Shown here: positions 36,290 through 48,850 of the stretch, piece after piece
Numbering within the stretch: the first letter of the stretch is position 1
How the letters are laid out: each line of letters starts with the position of its first letter
Source of the DNA: Centroscyllium fabricii
Lineage: Eukaryota
Assembly (NCBI GenBank): GCA_051313645.2
Contig: JBNRSN020000002.1
Coordinates: forward strand, 37,882,001 to 37,946,000
Direction: 5' to 3'
DNA: 64,000 nt
Program-made: the position numbers and the translations under genes
The notes under the pieces: generated by a model
Database searches by the model: none
What the model saw: the letters and a program-made list of their open reading frames with translations, nothing else
What the model was told of the DNA's origin: nothing

Positions 36290-36830
36290 TAGATGGCCGC
36301 GGTGGGTGACCTCGAGCAGCTCTGGGTCTTGTGGATGCGGCTGCAGACTGCAGCATCTCAGCATGGATCGGGCAGTCTGGCCCAGCTGAGAGATGACAGT
36401 CGGCTTCTCTCCCACGGAGCCAAGACCACTCTCCTGGGACTGCACCTCAGCCGCCCTACAGCTCTGCACGAGACCGGAGTGTAGGAGAGATGTGACGCTC
36501 TTAAAGCCTCTGTTAACACTGGCTGCAAAGCCAAGGTGACAGCCATCAGCGCTTCCATGGCAACAGTGTCAACTGCCATGAAAGCTGTCAGAGTTGTCAG
36601 GGTTGCAAAAGTGGTGGATGTGTGAGTATGAGAAAAAGAAGGTTTAGTGAAGTGTGGCGCTGTGAATATAGGAGAGTGAAGGTGAGCAGCGGGGCTGGAG
36701 GGGGTGGTGGTGTAAGTATAGAGTAAGAGAGCAATATTCTTTGCTTGACAACTCTGGTGAGGTCCTTGAACCTCTTCTGATATTGCAGCCATGTCCTGCG
36801 TGCTAAGCTCCTGGCATTGACCTCCTCTGA
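36290..36830 (-). pseudogene. Fragment of another Harbinger Myb/SANT ORF2
   Basis: SEEVNARSLARRTWLQYQKRFKDLTRVVK resembles a SANT/trihelix third helix. Confidence 0.6.
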
Positions 36831-37056
36831 ACAATCGGAATTAATAGGCAAGTAAAGACCAGCTGGTCCATCAAGCCTGCCCACACCATGATGGCTGGAG
36901 CATAATGACTAAATCCATCTTCACTCCCACCACCACCTTTCCCCCATTTCCCTCCCCACCTCATAGCTATGTAATCTCCTGGGAGAGGGAAAAAACAGAG
37001 ACAAGACCCAGGGCAATTAAGGGAAAACACACTCTCGAAAATTCCTCTCCGACCCC

Positions 37057-37334
37057 TGACGTATCGTCAATTTACTCAATAAAGTCAAAGACGAGTAGTG
37101 ACCTTAACTACAGGCTTTTATTGACTTACTTTGGAGCTATACTCCGAACGAACAAACAGGAACAGAATGAGTGAGCCCGGTCAGTCCTCACCTATAAAGG
37201 GCCTCACCTGGGGGAGGAGTTAGAGGTGTGGCTGACCTGGCCCCACGACAGTGTCGCAACATGTTCAACTATATACATGGCAATATTGGCACCAATATTG
37301 TAGTGGTAAACTATGGACAATTATGGTTACCACA
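37057..37334 (-). mobile_element. Solo LTR of the F family
   Basis: Similar to LTRs 54938-55227 and 59501-59790, TSD ACCCC. Confidence 0.93.
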
Positions 37335-37654
37335 ACCCCCTCAGGCAATCCTCAGTGACATCTTCCCACTGGCTCCAGAGGTGTCACCTGGAAAGCTTCC
37401 TGCCTCCCTTGGGGTGGAACAGGATTTCCATCCTTCTATTCGCCACCTGGATCAGCGCCTCCGACGCGGCATCAGAGAATCTTCTTAAATCGGGGAAACC
37501 TCCCGTTTGCCTGCAGCCAGAGTGCACCTCCCCTTTACGAGGTGCTGGCTGCCTTTATGTAGCATTAGAGAGGCAAAATATCTGTGCCCCCCCCACCGAA
37601 AAAAATTGGGCTTATAGTTGATGAATAACGCTGGCTGCATGCCTGAATCATTTT

Positions 37655-38036
37655 AACACAGAAACACAGAAATACAGAAGATAGGAGCAGGAGTAGGCCA
37701 TTTGGCCCTTCGAGCCTGGTCCGCCATTTCGATGAGATCATGGCTGATCATCCAAACCCAGCATCCCCCTCCTACCCTCTCCCCATATCCCCCGACACCC
37801 CCAACTCTAAGAACTATATCTCACACACATAGTCATGGGCAATTTTTAGTCTCTCCAATTCACCTAACCTGCATGTCTTTGGGTGGCGGGAGGAAACCGG
37901 AGTACCCGGAGGAAACCCACACGAACACGGGGAGAACATGCAAACTCCATGCAGAGAGGTCCCGGGGCCAAGCAGGATTCGAACCCAGGAGCTCCTTATT
38001 GCGAGGCAGCAGTGCTAACCACTGCGCCACCGTGTC
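37655..38036 (-). mobile_element. HE1/V-SINE-like tRNA SINE (different subfamily)
   Basis: tRNA-like head, V-type core and LINE-type tail. Confidence 0.85.
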
Positions 38037-38264
38037 ATCCAGGTAACAAATTTAACCTGGGGCATGGGACCACTGGGACAGAAGCGTGCAGTGCGCGCCC
38101 GCACCCTGGGCACCCGCTACTAGGTGCGATCGAAAATAGGTCTGTGAGCTTGACATCTGCAGGAAGGTGAACAGACAGTTGAGATTTAACTACTTCACAC
38201 AGATAGCAGTGAATGTGTGGAATGAATTGGCCACCCCGGCACTGGAAGTGGAGAGAAAAGAAAA

Positions 38265-38853
38265 GAAAGAAAGTCTTGTATTTGTATTGCATCTTTCATG
38301 ACCTCAGGATGTCCCAAAGCACGTTACAGGCAAAGAATTCCGTTTGAAGTGCTGGTTAAAACCTGAAACACTACCAGTATTTCTCTAGGAAAGGGATCAG
38401 ATTGAAAAACACCTGCAGATCCTTGGCATCTGGACAGCTGAACAACAGATGGTATTTTACATTGATTAGTACAGGATAATGACGTCAGAAAAATACAAAA
38501 TACTGGCTGAAATGAAATACGGTGAATAAGGGAAAAGATTATGCTGGAACTTAATCTGGTTCTTTTTCAGCGATGTTGATTGAGGGATAAATTTGGCCAG
38601 GACACCAGAGAGAACTCCCCTCGCTCTCCTTTGAAATAGTGCCATGGGTTCTTTTATGCCCACTTGGGAGGGCAGACGGGGCCTCAGTTTCACATTTCAT
38701 CCAAAGCACGGCACCTCCGACAGTGCAGCATTCCCTCAGTACTGCACTGGAGTGTCAGCCTAGATTTTGTGCTCAAGCCTCTAGGGTTGGGACTTGGAAC
38801 CCACAGCCTTCTGACTCAGATGAGCGTGTGCTACCCACTGAGCTGCAGCTGAC
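38265..38853 (-). mobile_element. DeuSINE (SacSINE1/AmnSINE1-like), interrupted at ~38350-38555
   Basis: CAGTACTGCACTGGAGTGTCAGCCTAGATTTTGTGCTCAAG core and GATGTCCCAAAGC tail. A related remnant lies at ~61345-61575. Confidence 0.7.
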
Positions 38854-39849
38854 ACAAACCCAAGGAGGGGGTGGTTAGTTTTTGGCATCATTAGTAATTG
38901 AGGGTTATCGTGAATAGAGCACAGTATGTTCCTTTCTGAGCTTTGGAACAGGCCAGGTGCCTCACAATGGTCCTTTCTCGTCCTATACGTCCCTATATTG
39001 CTGTAACATTAATAATGGGGAAAAGGCTGGAGTGTGACAAAGGAAATAGTTCAAGCATGCTGAGTAATAATTCCATAACACTAGGTTTTTATGAAAGTCA
39101 ACTCATACCGAACACATTGATGAGAATTTCTTCATGGACTGAAGAGCGATGCTAAGGTTATTTATACCACATATCTCAATTTTCAGGAAATAATTCAATT
39201 CGTTCCATTGCAAGAAACATATCACTGAAGTGAAAACCCGTGATGTCTAAAGTGTTATAATTAATGGACTAGATAATAGAAAATAGAATGCAGCGATCAA
39301 CGGTGCCAGTTCTAATTAGATAGCTGTGACCAACAGAGAGCTTTAGAAATTATTCCGACTAACGAGCTATAATCAGTCAGTAATCGTAATGTGACAACTA
39401 AGAAGATATGGTGAATGCTAGAAATCCACACCAGGCTAATCAGCTTGTCAAGGCAAAATGCAGGCTAATGGTTAGGATGGAGCTTGAGATCAGAACTGCT
39501 GGCTTCAGTCCTTCCGTTTTTGTTCAACAATCAGTGTTGGTTAAAAGCTGAAACACTCCCAGTCTTTCTCTAGGAAAGGGATTAAGAAAGGAGTCAATAT
39601 TCAAAGACACTTGCAGAGACTTGGCAACTGGACAGCTGAATAACAGATGGTATTTTACATTGTTTAATACAAGGTAATGACTTCAGAAAAATATAAAATA
39701 CTGGCTATATCATGAAATAAGGTGAAAAGGATTGTGCTGAACTTAATCCAACATTAAAATTGTCATTCATGTATAGCAGGATGGTGTGTGACTTGGAGGG
39801 GATCTTGGAGGTGGTGGTGTTCCCATGCGCTTGCTGCTCTTGTCCTTCT

Positions 39850-40060
39850 AGAAACATAGAAACACAGAAAAATAGGAGCAGGAGTCGGCCATTCGGCCCT
39901 TTGAACCTGTTCCGCCATTCAATATGATCATGGTTGGTCCTCTATCTCAATACCTTATTCCTGCTCTCTCCCCATACCCCTTGATGCCTTTTGTGTCTAG
40001 AAATCTGTCTCTCTCAGTGACTTGGCCTCCACAGCCTTCTGTGGTAGAGAATTCTAGATG
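39850..40060 (-). mobile_element. CR1/HER1 LINE 3' end
   Basis: DRFLDTKGIKGYGERAG and the shared 3' tail. Confidence 0.8.
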
Positions 40061-40741
40061 GAAGAGGTCGCGGGTTATACCCTGCCCAGTATTACTCTCC
40101 GCTGACTTCAATGGAGCGTATAATCCACCGAGGTGTAAAACTCGCATTGCACTTGACTTTGTCAGTTTCCTGATGGGCAGTTTAAGTTAAAATTGCCTCC
40201 AAATGTGTCTGATGGCCTCCTTCTGTGCTGCAAGCTTCCATGGCTCTGTGGTTCTAAGTGATTGTAAAAATTGGTTAAAATATTGATGAGACCATGTCTG
40301 AGTATTGTGGTCTCAACTGCTTCCTTTTGAGTGACATCCCATGGCCTAACTGAATTGTTTGGTGAGAATGTCATGCGCTCATCACGGGAGGTGTGCCACG
40401 GGAATGGAGCACTATTGAACGTTTTGCTGTATCAAGCAATTCCAAGTAATATATAGCACAGCCAGACACAACACAAATCTCCCTCAACTCGCTCCCTAAG
40501 ATTTATCTTAACCTCAACCTCGAAAGAGACTCTCTTTCTGCATCAGCATGATATTTTCCAGGGAGAGCTGGCAGTTGGAACAGAACGGAATCTAGTACCA
40601 CATCTGTCCTTGATGCTGTCCAAATGCATTTGCTAATTAATACTGAATTCTTGCCATTTGTTAATTTGTGCTCTCTTGGGTGAGTTTTGCGGCTCGTGAT
40701 GACTAGAAACTGTATTGAGACTGCTCAAACTCATTTCAGTT

Positions 40742-41502
40742 ATGATGTGGAGCTGCCGGTGTTCAATTCAATTCAATTCAATTCAATTCAATTCAAGTTT
40801 TATTGTCATTGCAGAGTACTAGTACAATACAACGAGACGAAGACTCGACTCTCCCGAGAGTAGTGTAAACAAAATAAATAAATTACATAAATAAATTGCA
40901 TACAGTAAAGTTCATTATCAGGCGTGCAGGTACCGGAGTTTCTTTTTAGAGTTCAGGAGGCTGACAGCCCTGGGGAAGAAGCTGTTCTGAAATCTAGTCG
41001 TGCGGGTGCGAATTGCTCTGTAGTGTCTCCCGGAGGGCAGAGGGGCGAACAGACTGTGGCTGGGGTGTGTGGGGTCTTTTATAATGTTCATAGACCTCCG
41101 TAAGCAGCGTTTGAGGTAGATGCTTTCCACTGACGGTAGCTGTGTACCGGTAATTCGTTGGGCAGTTTTGACTACCCACTGCAGGGTTTTCCGGTCCGAG
41201 ATAGTGCAATTACCATACCAGACAGTGATGCAGCTTGTCAGTATGCTTTCTATTGTGCAGCGGTAGAAGTTGGAGAGGATGCCGGATGCCAGCCTGGCTT
41301 TCTTCAGCTTCCTAAGGAAGTACAGGCGCTGTTGGACTGGGGTGGACAAATGTAAGAAGTCACACAACACCAGGTTATAGTCCAACAGTTTTATTTGATA
41401 TCACAAGCTTTCGGAGCGCTGCTCCTTTGTCGGGTGTGCCGAAAGCTTGTGATTTCAAATAAAACTGTTGGACTATAACCTGGTGTTGTGTGACTTCTTA
41501 CA
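40742..41502 (-). mobile_element. Penelope-like inverted-repeat element split by a Rex1 LINE
   Basis: TSD TCATTTCAGTT (40731-40741, 41503-41513) and inverted repeat at ~41352-41502. Confidence 0.85.
40763..41329 (-). mobile_element. Rex1/Babar LINE 3' fragment
   Basis: QRLYFLRKLKK..FYRCTIESILTSCITVWYG..DPTHP..LPSGR..SFFP, AATAAA and a (TTGAA)n tail. Confidence 0.9.
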
Positions 41503-41805
41503 TCATTTCAGTTCGGAGGCTTCCAGTGAACAGAGAGAGAAAGGCCCTGTCAGATTGAGCTGGACCTTAATCCAGATTCATTTATTGAAAGGACAGATGA
41601 TTCCAACCTAATGGTCTGACTCACAACTTGATCAAACACATTGGATTTACTGCCAGTCATTCTGAGATCTCTATCTAGAGAATGTTGAGTCCTTGTTGGA
41701 AATAACAATTATTTCAGGATTGGTTTCCAGACATTAAAGTTGTTCCCATAGTAATACGGAAACAAATGAGAAGCAACATTTGACTGTACCAATCTGTGCC
41801 AACTT

Positions 41806-42280
41806 TTTTTTAATCCATTGATGGGACGTGGGCATCGCTGGCTGGCTAGGCCTGCATTTAGTGCCCATCCCTAATTGCCCTTGAGAAGATAGTGGTGAGC
41901 CACCTTCTTGAACCGCTGCAGTCCATATTGTTTTTCGTAGTGGTTGTTTACATCTGAGTGGCTTGCTAGGCCATTTCAGAGAGCATTAAGAGTCAAACAT
42001 ATTGCTGTGGGTCTGGAGTCACATGTAGGCCAAACCAGGTAAGGATGACAGATTTCCTTCCCTAAAGGACATTAGTGAACCAGATGGGTTTTTGCAACAA
42101 TCGACAATGGTATCATGGTCGCCATTACTAAGACTAACATTTAATTCCAGAAATAAATTGAATTGAATTAAAATTCCACCAGCTGCCGTGGTGGGATTTG
42201 AACCCATATCCTCAGAACATTTGACTGAGCCTCTGGCTTACTAGTCTAGTGACATAACCACTACGCCACTGCCTCCCCTG
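41806..42280 (-). mobile_element. tRNA-derived SINE-like retroposon
   Basis: Head GGCAGTGGCGTAGTGG (A box) and GGGTTCAAATCCC (B box), with an A-rich 3' end at ~41806. Confidence 0.7.
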
Positions 42281-44164
42281 CTGCATTAGGAACAACATTT
42301 CAATAAAAATCAAAAGACCTGCAGTTTTCAGCAGAGTGGCGTGGGAGCAGCCCTCCCAGCATGCTCCTGGCTCAGCTCCTCATGGGCATAATTTCAACAC
42401 AGGATTCGATCGGCAATGGAAACAAAAGAGTCTGTCGGACTGAGTTCCTGGGCTACCTTTGGAATTCCCCCCATCGGCCATTACATGGTCTCAACGGAAC
42501 TCTTGCTAACTGAGAGCTGGTATCATTATTGTTGAGGCGTTTTGAAAGGCTCCGTACCCTTACCCAGTTGAAGGTAATCAATCCCGGCTGGTGTTAGTTG
42601 CCTTCTGTTTAAGGTAGAATGACTCTCCTCAGAGCTGAAGGCTGTTGTAAGCATTTGTTTTTTCAACCCGAAAGGACCTCTGGTGGAACGGCTATGGGTC
42701 ATTCCACCTTACAAGGGTGGTCCACCCCAGCAATGGAAATGACTCCATTCTTGCAATGCTGGATGGTCTGCATCCTCGAGATTGGATGGATAGGGGTTCT
42801 GCTCTGCTGCCTTTGCATTGGCAGAGTGGGACCCATGGGATTTCAGGCCCTTGGTCTTTTTCAGTTCCAATTACCGTTTAATCTCCTGCTACCAGTCACG
42901 GGAAATGTGTAAGAGCACCTGCTGATAGAATAGGCTTGCCTTTGGAATTCATCTTGCCCTCTTGGAGTTGAAGGACAAGAAGAATGTCCAGAAGATTCAA
43001 CAGAGGGATGCTTGTCCACACCTTATGCATAGGCACAGACTAACCATTACCCAAGTAGGCTCATCCACAGGTCCCAGTGGACCTTCTTGAGAACGCCACA
43101 GGAGATTTGACCAGGGTTTTCTTACAATTGTGAAAGGTTTTGATTAAAGGGAATAGGGAACAAAGTATTTCCTCTTCTGGGGAGTCAGTCACAAAGGGTC
43201 AACAATTTAACGTTGTCACCAGGAGAGTGATGAGAGAGGTATGACAAGTTTCCTTATGCAGAGGCTGGTGGAGCATGCAGTGCTTGGGCGAGTTAGGGCA
43301 ATGGTCTTCTTCTGCATTGTAAACTTTTCTAGTTCTCTGGAGGCCTCTCACCAGGGTGGCATTAAGGTGGCATTTGGTGGCCACAGCAGAAAAGTGGTCT
43401 TAAGAGGCTGGAAGCTGAAAGAGCACATGTGAAATGACACGCATGTACTCAATGTTCCTTCGGTCCTGGCCGGTGGCCTCCTGCTTTCCAACCTTCCGTA
43501 CCATTTGCCGGCGAACTGCCGCTTCCCTTGTTAAAATCTCCTGGGCGTCACGTTGCTGAGGTCAGGGGTGTTTGGTGCTTGCTTCAGCTCCAACCCCCAC
43601 CACATGCCACGCCCCCCCACACCCCACCTGCCTGCGTGATTCCTGGTTAAATTCGAGCATCAAGGACTCCTGTGTTAGGTGCAGAGTAAAGCACCTTTTA
43701 TTAGGCCCCAGCAATATGCCTCAGCCCCAACCTCAGAGGAAGACACCTTACTGCAAAAGTGTGGCACTTTTCCATTTCTCATGTGAGCCATTACTGTGGC
43801 CTATGTAAGAATAAGCCATTTGCTTTAAATTTTGCTGTAACTTGACCAAACTTAAAGTTTGACCAAATTTAATATACCAGCATGCTTCGCGAGGCTGAGA
43901 GGCTGGCTCCTGTGGAAAGTTTGTACGAAAACTGTTCACAGATAAGGAAGACCTTGGACAGAAAAAGACCTTCTGCTGGAATGTAAAACAAACTGTTCTG
44001 GGTTGAAGATGTAAAGGCTTCCAGCTGCCTTTTCATAGAATCATAGAAAGTTACAGCATGGAAGGAGGCAATTTTGGCCCATCATGTCCACGCTGGCCAA
44101 CAAAGAGCTATCCAGCCTAATCCCACTTCCCAGCTCTTGGTCCATAGCCCTGCAAGTTAGAGTA

Positions 44165-46140
44165 ACAGCCAAATTGGATTCTTACCAAATTATAGAACCT
44201 CTGACCATATTTTCACCCTACACACCCTAATAGACAAACATGTCCACCAAAACAAAAGCAAAATTTTTGCCTGCTTTATAGATTTCCAAAAGGCATTCGA
44301 TTTTTGGCACGATGGTCTATTCCTAAAACTCATTGAAAGTGGGATAGGGGGAAAAACATATGATGTAATTAAATCAATGTACACAGGTAACAAATGTGCA
44401 GTTAAAATCGGAGATAAACAAACAAAATATTTCCCACAGGGTCGTGGCGTGGCACAGGGCTCGTCTATCTCACCGACTCTTTTTAACATTTATATAAATG
44501 AACTGGCAAAAACACTGGAACAATCTACAGCACCTGGCCTCGCCCTACATGACTCTGAGGTTAAATTCCTCCTGTATGCAGATGATCTGGTTCTGCTGTC
44601 ACTGACAGAAGAGGGTCTACAGCAGAACCTTGATCGGTTAGAGTCATTCTGCCAGAATTGGGCCTTGAAAATAAACCCCCAAAAAACCAAAGTTCTTGTG
44701 TTCCAGCAAAGATCCAGACATCAGGGAACCAAAACAAACTTCACACTAGGAGCAACAAAAATTGAACAAACTACAAACTACACATACTTAGGCTTAAAAA
44801 TCAGTTCCACGGGAAATTTTCACTTGGCTGTGAATGAACTGAAAGAGAAAGCTAAAAGGGCATTCTATGCCATTAAGAAGTCAATCCAAATAGAAATTCC
44901 ACCTGGCATTTGGATCAAAATTTTTAATTCAGTAATTGAACCAATTGCACTTTATGGCAGCGAGGTGTGGGGTCTGCTAACACACCACGAATTTGCAAAA
45001 TGGGACAAACACCCAATTGAGACCCTACATGCTGAGTTCTGTAAGAGTATCCTCCAGACTCAGAGGAAAACCACAAACAATGCATGCAGGGCAGAGTTAG
45101 GCCAATACCCACTACTAATTAATATCCAAAAAAGAGCAATCAAATTCTGGAAACATCTAAAACTGAGCAACCCCCACAGCTATCACTACAAAGCCCTGAA
45201 ATGCCAAGAAGCGAACATAAAGAGAAGTCCCATCAGCCAACTAGTCCTGGGACTTAGCGAAGTAACTATTAACACTACTGGTAACAACCAACTTAGCGGA
45301 GTAACTACTAACACTACTGGTAACAAACAGCCCCAGGACAGTGACGTCCTAGTACTCAGAATCCCACCCAACACAATTATTACTAAACAAAAAGAAAATA
45401 CTTGAATTACTGGACAGAAATGACAAAAACCCAAAACAAACTAGATTGTTATTTGGCCCTAAACAGACAGTACACCATGGCTGATTACCTGTCCATGGTG
45501 AAAGATAGCAAACTGAGAAAAACCCTGACAATGTACAGACTTAGCGAGCACAGCCTAGCCATCGAAAAAGGCAGACACAGAAAGACTTGGCTGCCCAGAG
45601 AGGAAAGGCTGTGCTCCCACTGCAGTCAGGGAGTAGTGGAGACAGAGCTGCACTTCCTCACAACTTGCGAAAACTATCAGGGAATAAGGGGTAATTTCTT
45701 CCCAAAATTTGCAACAACATGCCCTGAATTCAAAAATTTGAACGACCACCAAAAACTCCCATATCTATTGGGGGAACAGAGGGACTGCATAAAATTAGCG
45801 GCAAACTACGTCACAGCTTGCCATAAGCAGAGGGACAACCAGTGACCATTGAAGCTAGGAAGAGCATACAAGCTCTACATGCGGGTATATATGTATGTGT
45901 TTGCGTAGCTATTCATTCAATACGTCTGGTTATGCATTTGTATGTCCAATTGTATATGTTCTTTTTAGATATATATGCGGGTTTTTTATGTGTATGTGTT
46001 TGCATAGTTATTCATTCAATACATCTGGTTATGCATTTGTATGTCCAACTGTATATGTTCTTTTTCTGTGCTTTGGCAACATAGGATGTATCTTGTCATG
46101 CCAATAAAGCAATTTGAATTGAATTGAATTGAATTGAATT
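44165..46140 (+). mobile_element. 5'-truncated RTEX-like LINE ORF2
   Basis: QIGFLPNYRTSDHIFTL..CFIDFQKAFD, LLYADDL, C-terminal CSHC..ETELHFL..C, AATAAA plus (GAATT)n tail, TSD AGAGTA. Confidence 0.88.
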
Positions 46141-46348
46141 AGAGTATCCCAAGTGCACATCCAAGTATTTTTAAAATGTGGTTAGTGTTCCTGCCTCTAC
46201 CACCCTTTCAGGCAGTGAGTTCCAGACCCCCACAACCCTCTGGGTGAAGAATATTTCCCTCAAATCCCCTCTAAACCTTCCACCAATTTCTTTAAATCTG
46301 TAAGAAGTCACACAACACCAGGTTGTAGTCCAACAGTTTTATTTTAAA

Positions 46349-46386
46349 TCACAAGCTTTCGGAGCTTCTGCCCCTTCGTCAGGTGA
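46349..46386 (-). ncRNA. Minimal hammerhead ribozyme motif
   Basis: Reverse complement reads TCAC CTGACGA AGGGGC AGAA GCTCC GAAA GCTT GTGA. Confidence 0.72.
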
Positions 46387-46417
46387 AAGAGAGACTGACT
46401 TAAAGTCAGCTTCTCTT

Positions 46418-46455
46418 TCACCTGATGAAGGGGCAGACGCTCCGAAAGCTTGTGA
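46418..46455 (+). ncRNA. Minimal hammerhead ribozyme motif
   Basis: TCAC CTGATGA AGGGGC AGAC GCTCC GAAA GCTT GTGA. Confidence 0.75.
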
Positions 46456-46689
46456 TTTAAAATAAAACTGTTGGACTATAACCTGGTGTTGTGTGACTTC
46501 TTGCATTTGTCCACCCCAGTCCAACACCGGCACCTCCACATCATGTTTAAATCTGTACCCCCTGGTTTTTGACCCCTCTGCTAAGGGAAATAGATCCTTT
46601 CTATCCACTTTATCTATGCCCCTATTATTGTATACACCTCAATAAGGTCTCCCCTCAGCCTCCTCTGTTCCAAGGAAAAGGATAAGGGA

Positions 46690-47284
46690 AATAGACCTTG
46701 AAAGTTCTGTGGAGAAAAAGCTATTGAACTATTGAGCCATCGCAAAAACAGGAACATCCTCAGACTTTGGAATGTCACCGGCCTTGCGGCCCATTGACTG
46801 AATGACTGACCACTGGTAAGAAGAGAAAACCAACTACTGACCATTCTTTGTATAAGTTGGGGACACGTACGCTGTGGGCAGGTGGCCAGGTTTTAAGGTA
46901 TAAAAGATGCTGTAAGAAGACACTCGGGGCTGCAGACGGCCAACCTGGTCAGTTGTCAGAAATCATACGTCTAGTCATCGCCGAATTGACCAATCGCTGG
47001 TGTTAGTACGTATGTGGTGTTTGCTTATTATCGCTTGAGCTTAGAGTAAAGGGATAGCTCTGTGTTTGCTAAAGGATAAACGGGAATACTTATATGCTAC
47101 ATAACTGTCGATGCTTACTCGTAATCTCTTGCTGATTTTTAAGTCAAATATGTTTTTCACAGATTTATTGGGTTTTGTGTTGTCTGTTCGACGGGTCTGA
47201 ACTTTGGAAACTGTTGGACGGAGCGAGGGGCGATTTCCGCGAGTCGTACGCCTGCGTGTCCATTTAGTGGCAGGTTTGTGCTAT
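46690..47284 (+). mobile_element. LTR-like sequence (boundaries uncertain)
   Basis: GGTATAAAAG at ~46898 followed by R/U5-like sequence. No TSD found. Confidence 0.35.
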
Positions 47285-48222
47285 AGAAACATAGAAACAT
47301 AGAAACATAGAAGATAGGAGCAGGAGTCGGCCATTCGGCCCTTCGAGCCCGCTCCGTCATTCAATGAGATCATGGCTGATCTTTGGCTGATCTTTCAAGT
47401 TCAGTACCCTGTCCCCGCCTTCTCTCTGTAACCCTTAATCCCTTTAGCCTGAAGAAATGTATCCAATTCCCTCTTAAATATATTTAATGAACTGGCCTCC
47501 ACTGCCCTCTGTGGCAAGGAATTCCACAGGCTCACCACTCTCTGGGTGAAGAAATTCTTCCTCATATCTGTCCTAAATGGTTTACCCCTTATCCTTAGAC
47601 TGTGGCCCCTGGTTCTGGACTCCCCCGCCATTGGAAACATTCTTTCTGAATTTAACCTGCCCAGGCCTGTCAGAATTTTATATGTTTCGATGAGATCCCC
47701 TCTCAATCTTCTAAACTCCAGCGAGTACTAGCCCAAACTACACAATCTCTCCTCATAGGTCATTCCTACCATTCCAGGTATCATCCTGGTGAATCGCCGC
47801 TGCACTCCTTCCATGGCAAGAACATCCTTCCTCAGATGAGGCGACCAAAACTGTACACAAGTCTCACCAGTGCCTTGTACAGCTGTAGTAAGGTATCCCT
47901 ATTCCTATACTTAAACCCTCTTGATATGAAGGCCAACATACCATTTGCCTTCTTAACTGCCTGTTGCACCTGCATGCTCGCCTTCAGTGACTGGTGCACA
48001 AGAACACCCAGGTCTCTCTGCACTTCCCCATCTCCCAATCTATTGCCATTTAAATAATAATCTGCCCTCCTGTTTTTGCCCCCAAAGTGGATAACCTCAC
48101 ATTTATCCACATTATAGTGCATTTGCCATGTATCCGCCCATTCCCCCAACTTGTCCAAATCGCACTGGAGCTTCCTGACATCCTCTTCAGAGCCCACCCC
48201 CCCCCCTCCTAGTTTAGTGTCG
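47285..48222 (-). mobile_element. CR1/HER1 LINE 3' fragment
   Basis: LQCDLDKLGEWADTWQM..NVDKCEVIHFG, MRGDLIETYKIL and a (TTCTATGT)n tail. Confidence 0.92.
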
Positions 48223-48450
48223 TTATGTATGTTATGTAACCACTAGGAACTGGACTGAGACTACACACACTCATTGTATGGATCGATGACCGGCTGAAGA
48301 GGCTGGAAGTTGTGTCTGAGCCACAGTGGGGAATTCAGGGCACAGAGGGGAAAGAGAGGGTCTAGTCCATCCAGTCCTCTTACATTATTTTATTCTTCCA
48401 TTTTATTGACAAGCCACTGTGAAGGGTCCAGGTCCATAGTGCAAGATATC

Positions 48451-48850
48451 GGCACGGTGGCGCAGTGGTTAGCGCTGTTGCCTCACAGCACTAGAGACCC
48501 GGGTTCAAATCCAGCCTCGGGTACAATCTGTGTGGAGTTTGCACATTCTCCCTGTGTCTGCGTGGGTTTCCTGCGGGTGCTCCGGTTTCCTCCCACAGTT
48601 CAAAGATGTGCGGGTTAGGTTGAATGGCAAGAATAAATTGATCCTTGGTGTTAGGGGGATTGAATATGTGGGGTTACGGGGATAGGGTCGGATATGTGTC
48701 GGTGCAGGCTCGATTGGGATCAAGAGATATGGGGACAAGGCAGGGACAGGGTACTAGGTTTGGATGATCAGCCATGATCTCATTGAATGGCGGAGCAGGC
48801 TCGAAGGGCCAAATAGCCTACTCCTGCTCCTATCTTCTATGTTTCTATGT
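48451..48850 (+). mobile_element. HE1/V-SINE-like tRNA SINE
   Basis: Same family as 28708-29103. Confidence 0.9.

Larger units (their letters stand above)
46299..46545. mobile_element. Penelope-like inverted-repeat element with two hammerhead motifs
   Basis: Inverted repeat with arms of about 100 bp and TSD TTTAAATC(TGTA). Confidence 0.87.
44034..46675 (-). mobile_element. CR1 LINE 3' fragment hosting the RTEX LINE and a PLE
   Basis: SLEQRRLRGDLIEVY and MDRKDLFPLAEGSKTRG, with the tail at ~44034-44050. Similar to 29690-30080. Confidence 0.85.

Noticed and set aside
48451-48525. tRNA-like sequences (also near 29030-29100, 51050, 60810, 42190)
   Set aside because: SINE heads attached to core and LINE-derived tails, not standalone tRNA genes.
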